Below are positions 1 to 9,544 of a stretch of DNA of 64,000 nucleotides, in pieces. The notes beneath the pieces were generated by a model, which saw only the letters and a list, made by a program, of their open reading frames with translations, was not told the DNA's origin and ran no database searches. Location: positions 40,760-104,759 of IMG/VR virus record IMGVR_UViG_3300025039_000014. One strand, 5' to 3'. The number at the start of each line of letters is the position of its first letter. Position 1 is the stretch's first letter. Both the position numbers and the translations under genes were made by a program. Origin of the DNA: a virus.

Positions 1-642
1 CAAGAGTCCGACGACGAGCCGGAAATCGACGACACGATCGAGGCTGAGATCAAGGCAGCGGAGCGCGAGCGCAAGCTGAAAGAAGCGACCATGAGCGAGG
101 ACGAGGTCGAAGCCGCCCAGGCCAAGTCTGCCAAGACCGGCAAGGCCGGCAAGAAGTCGCGTGCTCCAGTAACCGCTGCCCCCCGCGAGCCGAGCGAAGC
201 CATCGATGTCGCTGCGCTGATCGCGTCCAAAGTGCAGCCGACGATGAGTCACTGGAAGATGATACCGGGCATGGACGAGGAAACGGCCGAACTCTTCAAG
301 GCGGAACTCGAGGCACAGTTCGAGGCACTGCCCAAGAAGACTCGCGAGAAAGCCGTGAACCTGATGGATTGGTTCGTCCGCGGCCGCTCGCTCTCCGTCT
401 TCGTCGGTATCGCCTTCGACGTGCTATCCAGCCAGGGCGAGATCACGCCGGCGGACCTGCGCAATCGCTATCAGTCGAATCCGGGCAAGTCGTATACCCA
501 GGGCACGGCCAATGCGCAGACCGGCCAGGTGATGCAGATTCTGCGCACCTTCCAGATCATCGACAGCGACGGCAAGATCAACGAAAAGCACGCCATGATC
601 AGCGCGTTCAAGGAGCGCGAGGTGGAAGACAAGGTCGCATGA
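1..642 (+). CDS. Phage protein, 5'-truncated by the window edge; acidic N-terminus, basic linker, possible winged-helix C-terminus
   Basis: Frame is open from base 1 (QESDDEPEIDD...) into the ORF 91..642; phage-like codon usage. Confidence 0.7.
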   Translation, partial: QESDDEPEIDDTIEAEIKAAERERKLKEATMSEDEVEAAQAKSAKTGKAGKKSRAPVTAAPREPSEAIDVAALIASKVQPTMSHWKMIPGMDEETAELFKAELEAQFEALPKKTREKAVNLMDWFVRGRSLSVFVGIAFDVLSSQGEITPADLRNRYQSNPGKSYTQGTANAQTGQVMQILRTFQIIDSDGKINEKHAMISAFKEREVEDKVA

Positions 643-737
643 CCCAGTCATCAATAGGTCGCGGGGTCGCGTGCCCCGCTTCCTTCTAGGTCTTCGATGA
701 GGGTCTAGCGGGAAGAGAGAGGTAGCTGTGTGTGCGC

Positions 738-764
738 GGGGCTCCAAGTGAGCCCCATTTTTTT
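738..764 (+). terminator. Rho-independent terminator
   Basis: GGGGCTC-caagt-GAGCCCC followed by ATTTTTTT. Confidence 0.75.
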
Positions 765-902
765 GGCCTGCAAAATTAAACCAAGGTGTTGATTCAAAAC
801 GGTTCGCTGAGACCAACGTGTTGAGATTAACCATCTGATAATTAGGGTCTTTTATTATGCAGGCTATCTCGATATGGTCCCGGTTAACAGGAGATCATTG
901 CC

Positions 903-1202
903 ATGCAATACACGCTGACCTATCACTTCGTGGACAAGGAAGGCCGGGTCTATGACACCTGGTTCGAAAGCAGCACCCGGACACAGCCGTGGGAATGTAT
1001 CGACCTCTCATGGCGTGGCGAGATACCCGTAGCCGGAGACGAAATTAGCTTCTGGAAACACAGCGGGGAACAACAGCGCCATCGCGTCACGGCGATCATT
1101 CAAGATCGTCAATTCTGCTACGGATACCAGGACACCGAGGACGTCCAGCATGCATCCACCTGCGATGTGATGCTACGTGCGCGAGTGATCGACATCGACT
1201 AG
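903..1202 (+). CDS. Hypothetical protein
   Basis: 99-aa ORF with AGGAG RBS. Confidence 0.65.
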   Translation: MQYTLTYHFVDKEGRVYDTWFESSTRTQPWECIDLSWRGEIPVAGDEISFWKHSGEQQRHRVTAIIQDRQFCYGYQDTEDVQHASTCDVMLRARVIDID

Positions 1203-1374
1203 CGTCGGGAAGCGCTCAATCTGCGCGTCTGAGAGCGTTACCTGCTCGACAGTTATCTCGTTACACGTCAGAGACTCCCAGCGACTCCAGCGCGTCTCTG
1301 GAGCAATCCCAGTAATCGCAACACCCCTCCCAAAAAGACGTTGTCGACCCCGGAAGAAAATGCAACTATAAGCA

Positions 1375-1394
1375 GTAAGTCAATACTTACTTAC
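1375..1394. promoter_or_regulatory. Palindromic operator-like motif, copy 1
   Basis: GTAAGTCAATACTTACTTAC just downstream of TATAAG and upstream of ORF 1407. Confidence 0.8.
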
Positions 1395-1406
1395 GGCTAA
1401 TAGAAA

Positions 1407-1793
1407 ATGTTCAACCTGGATCAGCTGTTCGTTCGCCGGCCACGAGCCGTCCACATCGAACCCTTCACCGTAAACAAGGCCGACGAGGTCATTCGTGACA
1501 GCGCTGGCCACCCGATCATTTTCTACATCAAGACCCGCGAAGGTCGTCGGCTGATCAACCCCGGAATGATGATTGCGACCAAAACTGACGACTATCGCCA
1601 TCCGATGGACGCCGACGTGTTCAATCGCGATTACGTCGCGCTGCTGGGCTACGAGAGCGCACTGGTCGAAGAGTTCAAGCGTCAGATCGCCGCTCAGCTC
1701 AGCACGGCTCTCGCTAGCGAGGCACCGATCGCAGCGATTACCAACCTGGTGGCCATGATCGAGCCGCCGAAATCACTCGAAGTCACGGAGTAA
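1407..1793 (+). CDS. Hypothetical phage protein
   Basis: 128-aa ORF after the motif; phage codon usage. Confidence 0.7.
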   Translation: MFNLDQLFVRRPRAVHIEPFTVNKADEVIRDSAGHPIIFYIKTREGRRLINPGMMIATKTDDYRHPMDADVFNRDYVALLGYESALVEEFKRQIAAQLSTALASEAPIAAITNLVAMIEPPKSLEVTE

Positions 1794-1797
1794 CCGC

Positions 1798-2244
1798 ATG
1801 TCCGAACAGACGACCAATATCGTGCAGGGCCAGTTCATCGAGCTTTCACCCGAAGAGCGAGTTCGATTCATGGCTCACCTGACACTCGGCTTTGGTATCC
1901 AGCCCCAGATGTCGTTCCAGATGCTCGGCACGGTCATGCTGCTGCGTAACGCCCGCCGGATGCCGGATCACGATGAGAGCCAGATGATCCAGATGATGGT
2001 TGATCAGGCAAACAACGAGCTGAGCGTCCCGGCGGAGAATCTGCGAGCGGTCATCGAGCGCACACTGGCACATGCCGAGAGCGTTGTCGTTGCCTATGAG
2101 TCAGCGGTGATCGACGCACGCCAATCCGACACCCCGGTGGATTGGACGCAAGTGGACGATCTGATGAGTGAGCGTGGGGAAGTCATCGGCAGCGACTTCG
2201 TGACCCAGTCAGCGAACGATGAGCAAGCCGAGTTCAAGGCTTGA
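1798..2244 (+). CDS. Hypothetical phage protein
   Basis: 148-aa ORF with GGAG RBS, operonic with the previous gene. Confidence 0.7.
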   Translation: MSEQTTNIVQGQFIELSPEERVRFMAHLTLGFGIQPQMSFQMLGTVMLLRNARRMPDHDESQMIQMMVDQANNELSVPAENLRAVIERTLAHAESVVVAYESAVIDARQSDTPVDWTQVDDLMSERGEVIGSDFVTQSANDEQAEFKA

Positions 2245-2345
2245 CCCCCGAGCGCTCGCTTCTAGCCCTGACGCGACGTGATATGATTGTCTTGTTGCAG
2301 AGATGCGATCTACCTTTTTGTGAGAGAGAAGGTTAGTTCTTGAAG

Positions 2346-2370
2346 CCGCCCCACTAGGGCGGTTTTTTTT
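2346..2370 (+). terminator. Rho-independent terminator
   Basis: CCGCCC-acta-GGGCGG followed by T9. Confidence 0.85.
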
Positions 2371-2917
2371 GTCTGCTGTCACAGTCGTCACGCCGATGAT
2401 CACGCTTGTGACTCGTAGAATCACCTCAAGGTTAAAATTTTCTTGGCCATTTTGGTCCGTTTCAAAACCTCTGTTGCGAAACATTCTTATCTTGAAAAGA
2501 CCATATCGCTCTTTCCTACCGCATATCAGTGACTTAACCAAAACCCGTCACAACATGAGAAACATTCTCAATAGAGGTTTCGTGAAGGAACCTGGCGGGA
2601 CCAGGTCACTCGCGCCTCCCACCCCGAAACCCATGTGACGTCTGTGACGTTTGAGGTCAAAACATAAGGATCGAGGTGACAACACGAATCACGACCCGGT
2701 CACGCGATAAACCCTACGGATCAAGCGGTTCCGCGCACACCCCGCCCTAGCGTCACGACTCCTACCCCGGCATCACGACAACGTCACGCGAATCAGATAT
2801 CGGGATTCGCTCCACAAAGCGCTCTAAAGCGTTCCCGAGCATGAAGCGCTACGTCGACTCAAGTTGATCAGGGAACGCGCTCAAAACGAAGCGCTGACGT
2901 CTTCCCGAGCATGATGG

Positions 2918-2944
2918 ATCGCTCGAATCGCTCGAATCGCTCGA
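2918..2944 (+). repeat. 9-bp tandem repeat x3
   Basis: (ATCGCTCGA)3. Confidence 0.8.
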
Positions 2945-3065
2945 CAGCACGAAATCGACAGGGATCGACTCCAGAGACACAGATCACGGACCCCGATCCG
3001 AGTGAGACGGTCTCTCGAGCACCAGGCTAGCCGCGCCCGACACCATGATCAGCCAGATCCCATGC

Positions 3066-3152
3066 GGCAGACCTATATCTCTGTTGTCTGTGTTTTCAGA
3101 GAGTGATGGATTTATAGATGGAGACAGGCACCCGAGCTAAAAACAAAACCTC
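3066..3152 (+). repeat. Dispersed ~85-bp element, copy A
   Basis: GGCAGACCTATA...TTTATAGATGG...CAGGCACCCGAGCTAAAAACAAAACCTC, matching 49191-49275. Confidence 0.85.
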
Positions 3153-4845
3153 ACTCGGGAGAGACGAAATCCCTGGAAACCTGGAATGGGAAACACCTCG
3201 GAACCGGGGTTTCTCCCAACTCACAAAGCCTGATCACCAGGAGTCCGGGGCTGCGCCGCGTCTAGGCTTCCCGGATCACCATGAAAAAGGGTCTCGCTCT
3301 GACCAGGCTCAGGCAACGGGTCTTTCCCAACCAGGCTCCCGAACACCACGGAATCAGGAAACCAAGTGCCAGGACTCAGCCAGCCGGATTCCGGGAACAC
3401 CAAGAAAATGGGTGAAATGTTTCCAGGGCTCAGGCTCGGGGGAAAGAGAAACCAGAGTGAGGAAACCGAATCGACCAGGAGAAAGACAATCCGGGAGAGA
3501 AAGCGAACCTGAACCTCAAGGGAACAGAGAGAGCCTGATGAGCATGGGAGAGAATGAATCCAAGGAGATCATGAGTGTGGGAGTGATAGAGCTGTGGAAA
3601 AGGCAGAGAGACGGGAGAGGACGGATAGACGGGAAGAGGTATGGAAACGGGGAAAGCGGAGAGAATAGAGGTAGAGAAAAACGGGAGAGAGATGGTGACG
3701 GGGAAACGGGGACATAAGGGGCCGGGGCATTGCCGCCTCTGCCAATCACTCGCCTGGCCGCCTAACCTTGGTCACAGCCTCCACAGCCATCCCGAGCGCC
3801 CATCTCCCTTTCTCTCCCAGGCATCGCCGATTCGCACCATACTCGGGAAAGGGAAGCTATCCACATAGACACCGACACCAAGGGAGAATCGGGAAAGGCG
3901 AGCGATGCACCTATAGAGCGACGCCAAGGGATTGAGCCCGTGGTCGATCGCAAAGTGAAGGCACCGGGAGAGACCTTGCTAATGCCGGTCATGGGGATTT
4001 TTCGCCTCCCGAATCGGTGACGCTCGCGAGGGTCATGGTGCTCGAGGAACGACCTCGGTGGACACGCCGCGACACCACTCGGCGAGGCGAATGTAACCGT
4101 CGGTTACCTTGTCTGAATAGCCGCTGAAAACAGGGTTATTTCACGGCTTAAAATTGGTGAGTGCAAATAGGCCAGAGGGCAGTGCGTTTTTTCGAGACGG
4201 ATTTACAGACATAACACCGCGCCGGACCAGAGCTCATTTTTTCGAGCAGCATCGCAAGTATAAGACCGCAGGTGCGACCTGGCCGTCAAGGGCTTCCTCG
4301 GAGCCCAGCATCCACGGGGGTTCGTTCCTCTACCTCACCTGACGACTCGATTCGCTTCCCCATTAAAAATCGGAGTTATTATAATAAGAAAAAAACTATC
4401 GTTCTTCAGCGTAGAAATTAGTTTCACTCGGTTACAGCTTTAAATTGCAGGGTTTTGCCCCTGCTGTGCTCGCCCTTTAAATTCTTTACTTAAATATTAA
4501 TCCAAACTTTAAAATAATATCGCGGTTACACATTCTGAGGTGCTTCTCTGCAAGCTCATCCTTCCCCTCACCCCGCGTGGCTGGGCGCTTGTAGCCACAA
4601 ATGCACACGCAAGAGGTGGTAGTAGATCGGATGACAACACATGGCAATACATGATCAGGAACCCGAGAGTCGGTCATCGCTCAAAAATGAGCGATATGAA
4701 AAAAAGTGGCTCCGAAAGCAAATAAGGGCTTGCCTGCATCGCAAGGGCAATATAAGTTTTAAATCGTCGACGTTACGCGTTGGCAATGAAACCCACACGC
4801 AACAACACACGCCCACTACACGGCGTGACGAGAGAGGTATGCCTG

Positions 4846-5337
4846 ATGGAAACGCAGAGACTGGAAGCGGTAACGAGAATGACAGAGGGAGAGATCGAGA
4901 TCGTCAAGTGCGGCGATGAAACGATTGTCTGCCACTACGATGCGCCGTCCGTGACGCTCTATGGTGATGTGCAGCACCTGGCGGTGTTCAACGTGACGCT
5001 GACCGATCCGGATCGCTTCCCTGACCACCTGCTCTACCGTAGCTATGTGGTGACGCTGTGGCAGGAACCTGGAAATGATCCGTTCTACCAGACGTCTATC
5101 AAAGCCGTGGTGTGTCCGGTGAAGAGTCAGCGAAGGATCGAGGCGCCGAAGATGTGGTGGTCTATGCCCCTCATGTCGAAGATGAATTTGCTGCCCGATA
5201 ACTCGACGGCCGAGCTGAGCGAAGACATGCTGGAAGCCATTGCGAATCGAGCGGCGAAGGAAATGGTATTGGGAGCTTGTGCGCCTGTGCATCCGGTAAC
5301 GACTGCATGGTCTTCGGCGCATTCTTCGCTGGTATGA
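4846..5337 (+). CDS. Hypothetical protein
   Basis: ORF 4780..5337; ATG at 4846 follows GAGAGG. Confidence 0.65.
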   Translation: METQRLEAVTRMTEGEIEIVKCGDETIVCHYDAPSVTLYGDVQHLAVFNVTLTDPDRFPDHLLYRSYVVTLWQEPGNDPFYQTSIKAVVCPVKSQRRIEAPKMWWSMPLMSKMNLLPDNSTAELSEDMLEAIANRAAKEMVLGACAPVHPVTTAWSSAHSSLV

Positions 5338-5465
5338 AACGAACCCTCTCCAGTGCGACCTAGTTTGCAGACCGGAGAGCACACGGGAAAGGGTTTGAGC
5401 AGGACTATACCGCTAAGGGAGGGTCAGGGGGAAACCCTGACTCTCTCGTAGTCTAGGAGAACACC

Positions 5466-5696
5466 ATGGCAAAGAAATCACTGAATGGCTGGATGCGGCT
5501 GTGGATCGGTATCTCGAGCTTGTGGATCGGCCTATGGGTCGCCTTGGGCATTACCGTCAGCATGACAGCCACAAACCCAAATTTTGACTACACCGACATG
5601 ACACCCACGCTTCTGGTAACCCTCGCTCCACCCGCCGTTCTCTTCGGCCTCGGTCATTTCGTGGCCTGGATTCGCCGCGGCTTCTCTCACGACTGA
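5466..5696 (+). CDS. Small two-TM membrane protein
   Basis: AGGAG RBS; two hydrophobic segments. Confidence 0.7.
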   Translation: MAKKSLNGWMRLWIGISSLWIGLWVALGITVSMTATNPNFDYTDMTPTLLVTLAPPAVLFGLGHFVAWIRRGFSHD

Positions 5697-5893
5697 GATT
5701 CCGCCCACTCTTTTGCCGACAGCCAGGCGTCTTGCGGACGGGACTCTTCGGCGATCTGCTGAGCGTTCGGTAACACCACGGCGTAGAGCGTGCGGCCGTA
5801 TCTCGAGGTCTTGATGCACTTGGTGCCGGCAGGCAACAGCGCCATGGCTTGGTCTTTGTGCGAGGGGGTCGGTTTCTTGTCGAAGGTAATCAT
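5687..5893 (-). CDS. Hypothetical protein
   Basis: 68-aa ORF with AGGA RBS. Confidence 0.6.
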   Translation of the reverse strand: MITFDKKPTPSHKDQAMALLPAGTKCIKTSRYGRTLYAVVLPNAQQIAEESRPQDAWLSAKEWAESQS

Positions 5894-5909
5894 GGCTATT
5901 TCCTAACGC

Positions 5910-6290
5910 TCATCTACAAGATAGCTCTGGGCGACTTTGAACGAACAACATGAAGGCGCTTGGGGCATTGGTAACCGGGCTGATCTGCTCCGATGTCTGG
6001 AGATACTCCCAGAACTGATCAAAGATTCCCTCTATATTGGCGGTAGAACTCATACAGACGGGTAAATCTAGACCTGCGTTGACGTTGTAGAACGAAAAGG
6101 CCTTTTGCATATCCAGCATGCCGCGCACATAGGCTTGGTAGACAATGGGGGACTGAGCATGGAATTGGATTAACCTCCCCACCGTCTGTCCATTCAAATT
6201 TTGAGAATCCGCTGACGCGTCATCTGCCTGAGAAACCGGAGCCATGCATAAGGCTAAGCTGACCAGAACCAATCTTGCAAAAATTCTCAT
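5910..6290 (-). CDS. Secreted protein resembling the Rap1a/Tai immunity family
   Basis: Signal peptide MRIFARLVLVSLALCMAPVSQA; Y-V-x-G-x-x-D, internal Cys and C-terminal Cys pattern. Confidence 0.5.
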   Translation of the reverse strand: MRIFARLVLVSLALCMAPVSQADDASADSQNLNGQTVGRLIQFHAQSPIVYQAYVRGMLDMQKAFSFYNVNAGLDLPVCMSSTANIEGIFDQFWEYLQTSEQISPVTNAPSAFMLFVQSRPELSCR

Positions 6291-6348
6291 CGAAAATCTC
6301 TCCGTGGTTATCATACAAATATCGGCCATCATGACGGTCTCATTAAGC

Positions 6349-6389
6349 AAAAAAATGGCCCTGGCGTCGTAGGGGAGACGGCCAGGGCC
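6349..6389 (-). terminator. Rho-independent terminator (minus strand)
   Basis: TGGCCCTGG...CCAGGGCCA stem followed by T7 on the minus strand. Confidence 0.7.
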
Positions 6390-6491
6390 ACAACCGAGAG
6401 GGTGGGACTCTCGGGTGTTACGCAGGGAACAAGACGAACGAGTGGTGAACTCAAATCCGCCTTGAGAACCGATACTCGCCGAGAGCTAACC

Positions 6492-6511
6492 ATAAGTCAA
6501 TGGTTACTTAC
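6492..6511. promoter_or_regulatory. Palindromic operator-like motif, copy 2
   Basis: ATAAGTCAATGGTTACTTAC. Confidence 0.7.
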
Positions 6512-6872
6512 CCATAAGAATAAAAAACCAGAAACGACAACGCCCGAGGGGTAGTCACGATCTCGTCGGGAAGACCGTTCTATGCCCACGGGCGCTTTGC
6601 AGTATTGGCGTCCTGGCAGAGACGACAAACATGATGGGGATCGGCTTATCGACGAGCACCCCGCCAGGACGCTCCCAGTATAAGCACGCTTTCGAGAGCA
6701 CGCCAAGCGGCGGTGTGACGGGCTTGGACTGATTTTCCTGGTCATGAATCGTCAATCGCTTACAGACCGTGTTAGAGCGGCTCGATCGAGAATCCAGAGA
6801 GAACAGTCGATCGCCGTCGAGGCACGCGAGACACTGTCTCTCGCAGCGCATGAGTCTCTTCGGCTCAGGCTA

Positions 6873-6892
6873 GTAAGTCATTGGTTACTGAC
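6873..6892. promoter_or_regulatory. Palindromic operator-like motif, copy 3 (degenerate)
   Basis: GTAAGTCATTGGTTACTGAC, near TTGACA (6901) and TATAAG. Confidence 0.65.
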
Positions 6893-7023
6893 TAAAGTCA
6901 TTGACAGACAGGCCGTTCTATAAGAACACTAGGAGTTAGAGGCAGTCAGTAAACGCTGATACCGGCCTTCCAATAACGAGTGATTTTCTCTCTCCCGCAG
7001 TCGCAACAATTCGAAGGTGATGT

Positions 7024-7380
7024 ATGGCACTCTCCGCACTGTCGTTCGTTCCCGCCCACAATCGCGACCAGATCGACATGGAATACGTCGAGACCATGGC
7101 GCAGTTCATGGGTATCGATCTCTCCCAGATACGCCAGGACATGAAAGACCGTGCCGAACGTAACCAGGAGCTCCACGAGATCGCCTGGCGGGAACGCGAA
7201 AACCCCAATTGGGAAACGTCGAAAGCCTTTCACCGCTACGAGCAGGTCTTCTCTCATGGCTCGGCACAGGTCTTTTACAACGACTGGTTCGATCGCTATG
7301 CGGTCTATGGGCTCAAGAAAGGCACCCAGGAGCCGAAATCTTTGGAAGAGGCGATACGGCTCGTCTACGAGAACAATTAA
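7024..7380 (+). CDS. Hypothetical protein
   Basis: 118-aa ORF with AAGGTG RBS. Confidence 0.7.
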   Translation: MALSALSFVPAHNRDQIDMEYVETMAQFMGIDLSQIRQDMKDRAERNQELHEIAWRERENPNWETSKAFHRYEQVFSHGSAQVFYNDWFDRYAVYGLKKGTQEPKSLEEAIRLVYENN

Positions 7381-7398
7381 CCCATAGAGGCGAAACTG

Positions 7399-7749
7399 AT
7401 GGCGGTTGGCATGCTGACCATAGAAGACAGCTACGTAGACCATGAGAACGGTGAGGTCTTCCTGTTACTGGTCAGGAAGGATTATCAAGGCGAAATAATT
7501 TCGGTGGACATTGGCGTGGTGGAGAGCGATCGCGATGTTCTGCCGAGAGACCTGGACTTTCTCAAGCCCGATTTGATCTCTCGCTCCGCAAAGCATGGCA
7601 AGAACTGCGTAATGAACCAGTTCTCTGCCATCAAACGGGGCATCCCCTCGCATGAAGCCCTCAAACTCCACGCTCCAAAGAAAATCAGACCATCATGGGC
7701 TCCCAATCTGTCGGATGCTTTGTGGCTACCGAAAAAGCCGGATAGCTGA
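7399..7749 (+). CDS. Hypothetical protein
   Basis: 116-aa ORF with GAGG RBS. Confidence 0.6.
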   Translation: MAVGMLTIEDSYVDHENGEVFLLLVRKDYQGEIISVDIGVVESDRDVLPRDLDFLKPDLISRSAKHGKNCVMNQFSAIKRGIPSHEALKLHAPKKIRPSWAPNLSDALWLPKKPDS

Positions 7750-7810
7750 TTTCGTGAAAGGTTAGCTATCAACACGTAGAGCGCATCGCCGAGATAATGA
7801 CCATAGCCAA

Positions 7811-7879
7811 GGGTCTCTCCCGCTCAGGCTAAGGGTCTCTCTTCGCCAGGCTACCGAGGGGTCTTTTTCTCGCAGGCTA
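7811..7879 (+). repeat. Three 21-bp direct repeats GGGTCT-N8-CAGGCTA (iteron-like)
   Basis: 7811-7831, 7833-7853 and 7859-7879; further copies at about 3009, 3289, 3318 and 6852. Confidence 0.8.
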
Positions 7880-8304
7880 CCAGCACTCACCAAAACGACT
7901 CACCGTGGTGGAAATCTCCCATAAAGCGCCATCTGACGGGTCGACCAGGATCTCACTGTGGTCCTCTCACCGGGGGTGACGTGTCGAACTCGCCCTGCCG
8001 CTCACTGACCTTGAGAGCGTGATTCCCGCCCTACCACTGCCAGTGTCACCCGCTCGCCTGCACACCACGGTCACAGCCACCCAGAATCGCCCCAGGAGCC
8101 ATTCTCCACTCGGAACCGGGCTTGGTGCTGTCTTGCCATGGGGAAAGGGAGACGGGGCTGTCTGGGGCTCGTCTGACCGAGGGTAACGCTGACCAGCACC
8201 AGGATTGACTGCCGGGATGACGAATTGACGGTGATCGCCACGCAACCGACTCACCATGGGGAAAGGGAAACGGGTCCGGTGAGAATCCGGGTGCCACGGT
8301 CACA

Positions 8305-8427
8305 GGGAAAGGCTGGCGATCCACTGCTCTCGGTGAGAACCAAGGTCACTGGGAACGGGAAAGGCTGGCGATCCAACCGGGAACGGGAAAGGCTGGCTTT
8401 GCATTTTTGGGAAAGGCTGGCGATCCA
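8305..8427 (+). repeat. Four direct repeats GGGAAAGGCTGGC(GATCCA)
   Basis: Copies at 8305, 8357, 8385 (partial) and 8409. Confidence 0.85.
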
Positions 8428-8757
8428 TAGACCGTGGTGGATAGCCGTGGTGCGGGGTGCTGCCAGCCGCGATTTTTGGCGGCGGCGACGTTGCCACGAC
8501 GGGTTTTTGCCGCTGGTTACTTTGCCACCCAACGATTTTGTGGCTAACGACTTGGTGATGTTTTCGCCAGCCTGCTAATGATTAGCCACCCAATCGTTTC
8601 TTTGCTGGTCAATCCTCCGGTTCGTTCGCGTCATATCCATTAGCAGCATACGCGTTAATTCTAAGCGTGATTTGCTCGGGGAAATCAATCTTTTTTTGGT
8701 CAAATTCCCTCATAGCGGGAATTTATAGGGTGTTTACGCGTCATAGTTTTATTTGTG

Positions 8758-8786
8758 TTTACGCGTTAACAGTAAATCGATAATCT
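8758..8786 (+). promoter_or_regulatory. Putative sigma70 promoter of the island genes
   Basis: TTTACG-17 bp-TAATCT with an AT-rich upstream tract. Confidence 0.5.
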
Positions 8787-8846
8787 GGATACGTGCTCAA
8801 GACGAAGCACACAAAAAAAAGTCTCTCTCTCATTAAGGAAATCATC

Positions 8847-9479
8847 ATGAAAATCACAGCTAACGATCGCACTATTGCTACTAACTCCAACGAAAAGAAA
8901 GTTTCGTTGTCTGAAAAATTCAATCTTGTCAAGACGCACGTTTCTTCTCTTGCTATCACGTCTAAGCAAACGAAGATTAAGGAGACGCAAAGCGCAATTA
9001 TCGACGCATCCAAAAAGCGCGTCGAGAACTACGAAGCGAAAGCGCAGCGCAACGAAACAGACTATCGCGAATTAACAGTCGAAGTGACTCACGCAAAATA
9101 TAACGCGTCGTTGCTCGACTTGGACGCAAAAGCGATGAAATACACTATCGACAAGAACATCAATCTCGCATCCGCTGTTAATGAGTCGCGCGAATATAAG
9201 AAACGTCTCAAGTCGTTTTTGGAAGCGTGCGCGAACAACGACGCATCCAAACTCGACAAAGCGCTAGCGAAGCTACAAGCGCACATGAAAGCGTCCAGCG
9301 CATCCGCTATCACTGTCGCGCAAGTCGCGACAATCATGGAACACAGCACGACGACGCAAGCGAGCTACTTTAAGAAATTCGCGACAATCCTCGGAGTTGT
9401 ATCGTCCGAACGCTCTAATCAGTCTCCTATGACAATCAATAAAGAAAGCGATGTTTATAAAGACTTCGTTTCACTCTAA
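8847..9479 (+). CDS. Hypothetical protein inside the motif-free island (one Gly, one Pro, no Trp); possible C-terminal winged helix
   Basis: AAGGA RBS then ATG 8847 within ORF 8793..9479. Confidence 0.8.
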   Translation: MKITANDRTIATNSNEKKVSLSEKFNLVKTHVSSLAITSKQTKIKETQSAIIDASKKRVENYEAKAQRNETDYRELTVEVTHAKYNASLLDLDAKAMKYTIDKNINLASAVNESREYKKRLKSFLEACANNDASKLDKALAKLQAHMKASSASAITVAQVATIMEHSTTTQASYFKKFATILGVVSSERSNQSPMTINKESDVYKDFVSL

Positions 9480-9492
9480 TTGATCGACACAT

Positions 9493-9520
9493 AAGCGCAC
9501 TCCTTAGAGTGCGCTTTCTC
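9493..9520 (+). terminator. Hairpin / possible terminator between the island genes
   Basis: AAGCGCACTC-ctta-GAGTGCGCTT-TCTC. Confidence 0.55.
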
Positions 9521-9544
9521 ACTGGATTCCGAGGACAATTCGAC

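Noticed and set aside
3118-3717. 199-aa ORF in the long non-coding tract
   Set aside because: Low-complexity R/G/E/P translation of purine-rich repeats; starts inside the dispersed repeat; atypical codon usage
4486-4725. Short ORFs in the AT-rich block
   Set aside because: No RBS or recognisable motif; overlapping alternatives are equally weak
7811-8427. Direct repeats as a CRISPR array
   Set aside because: Units are degenerate and irregularly spaced, with no unique 30-40-bp spacers and no cas genes
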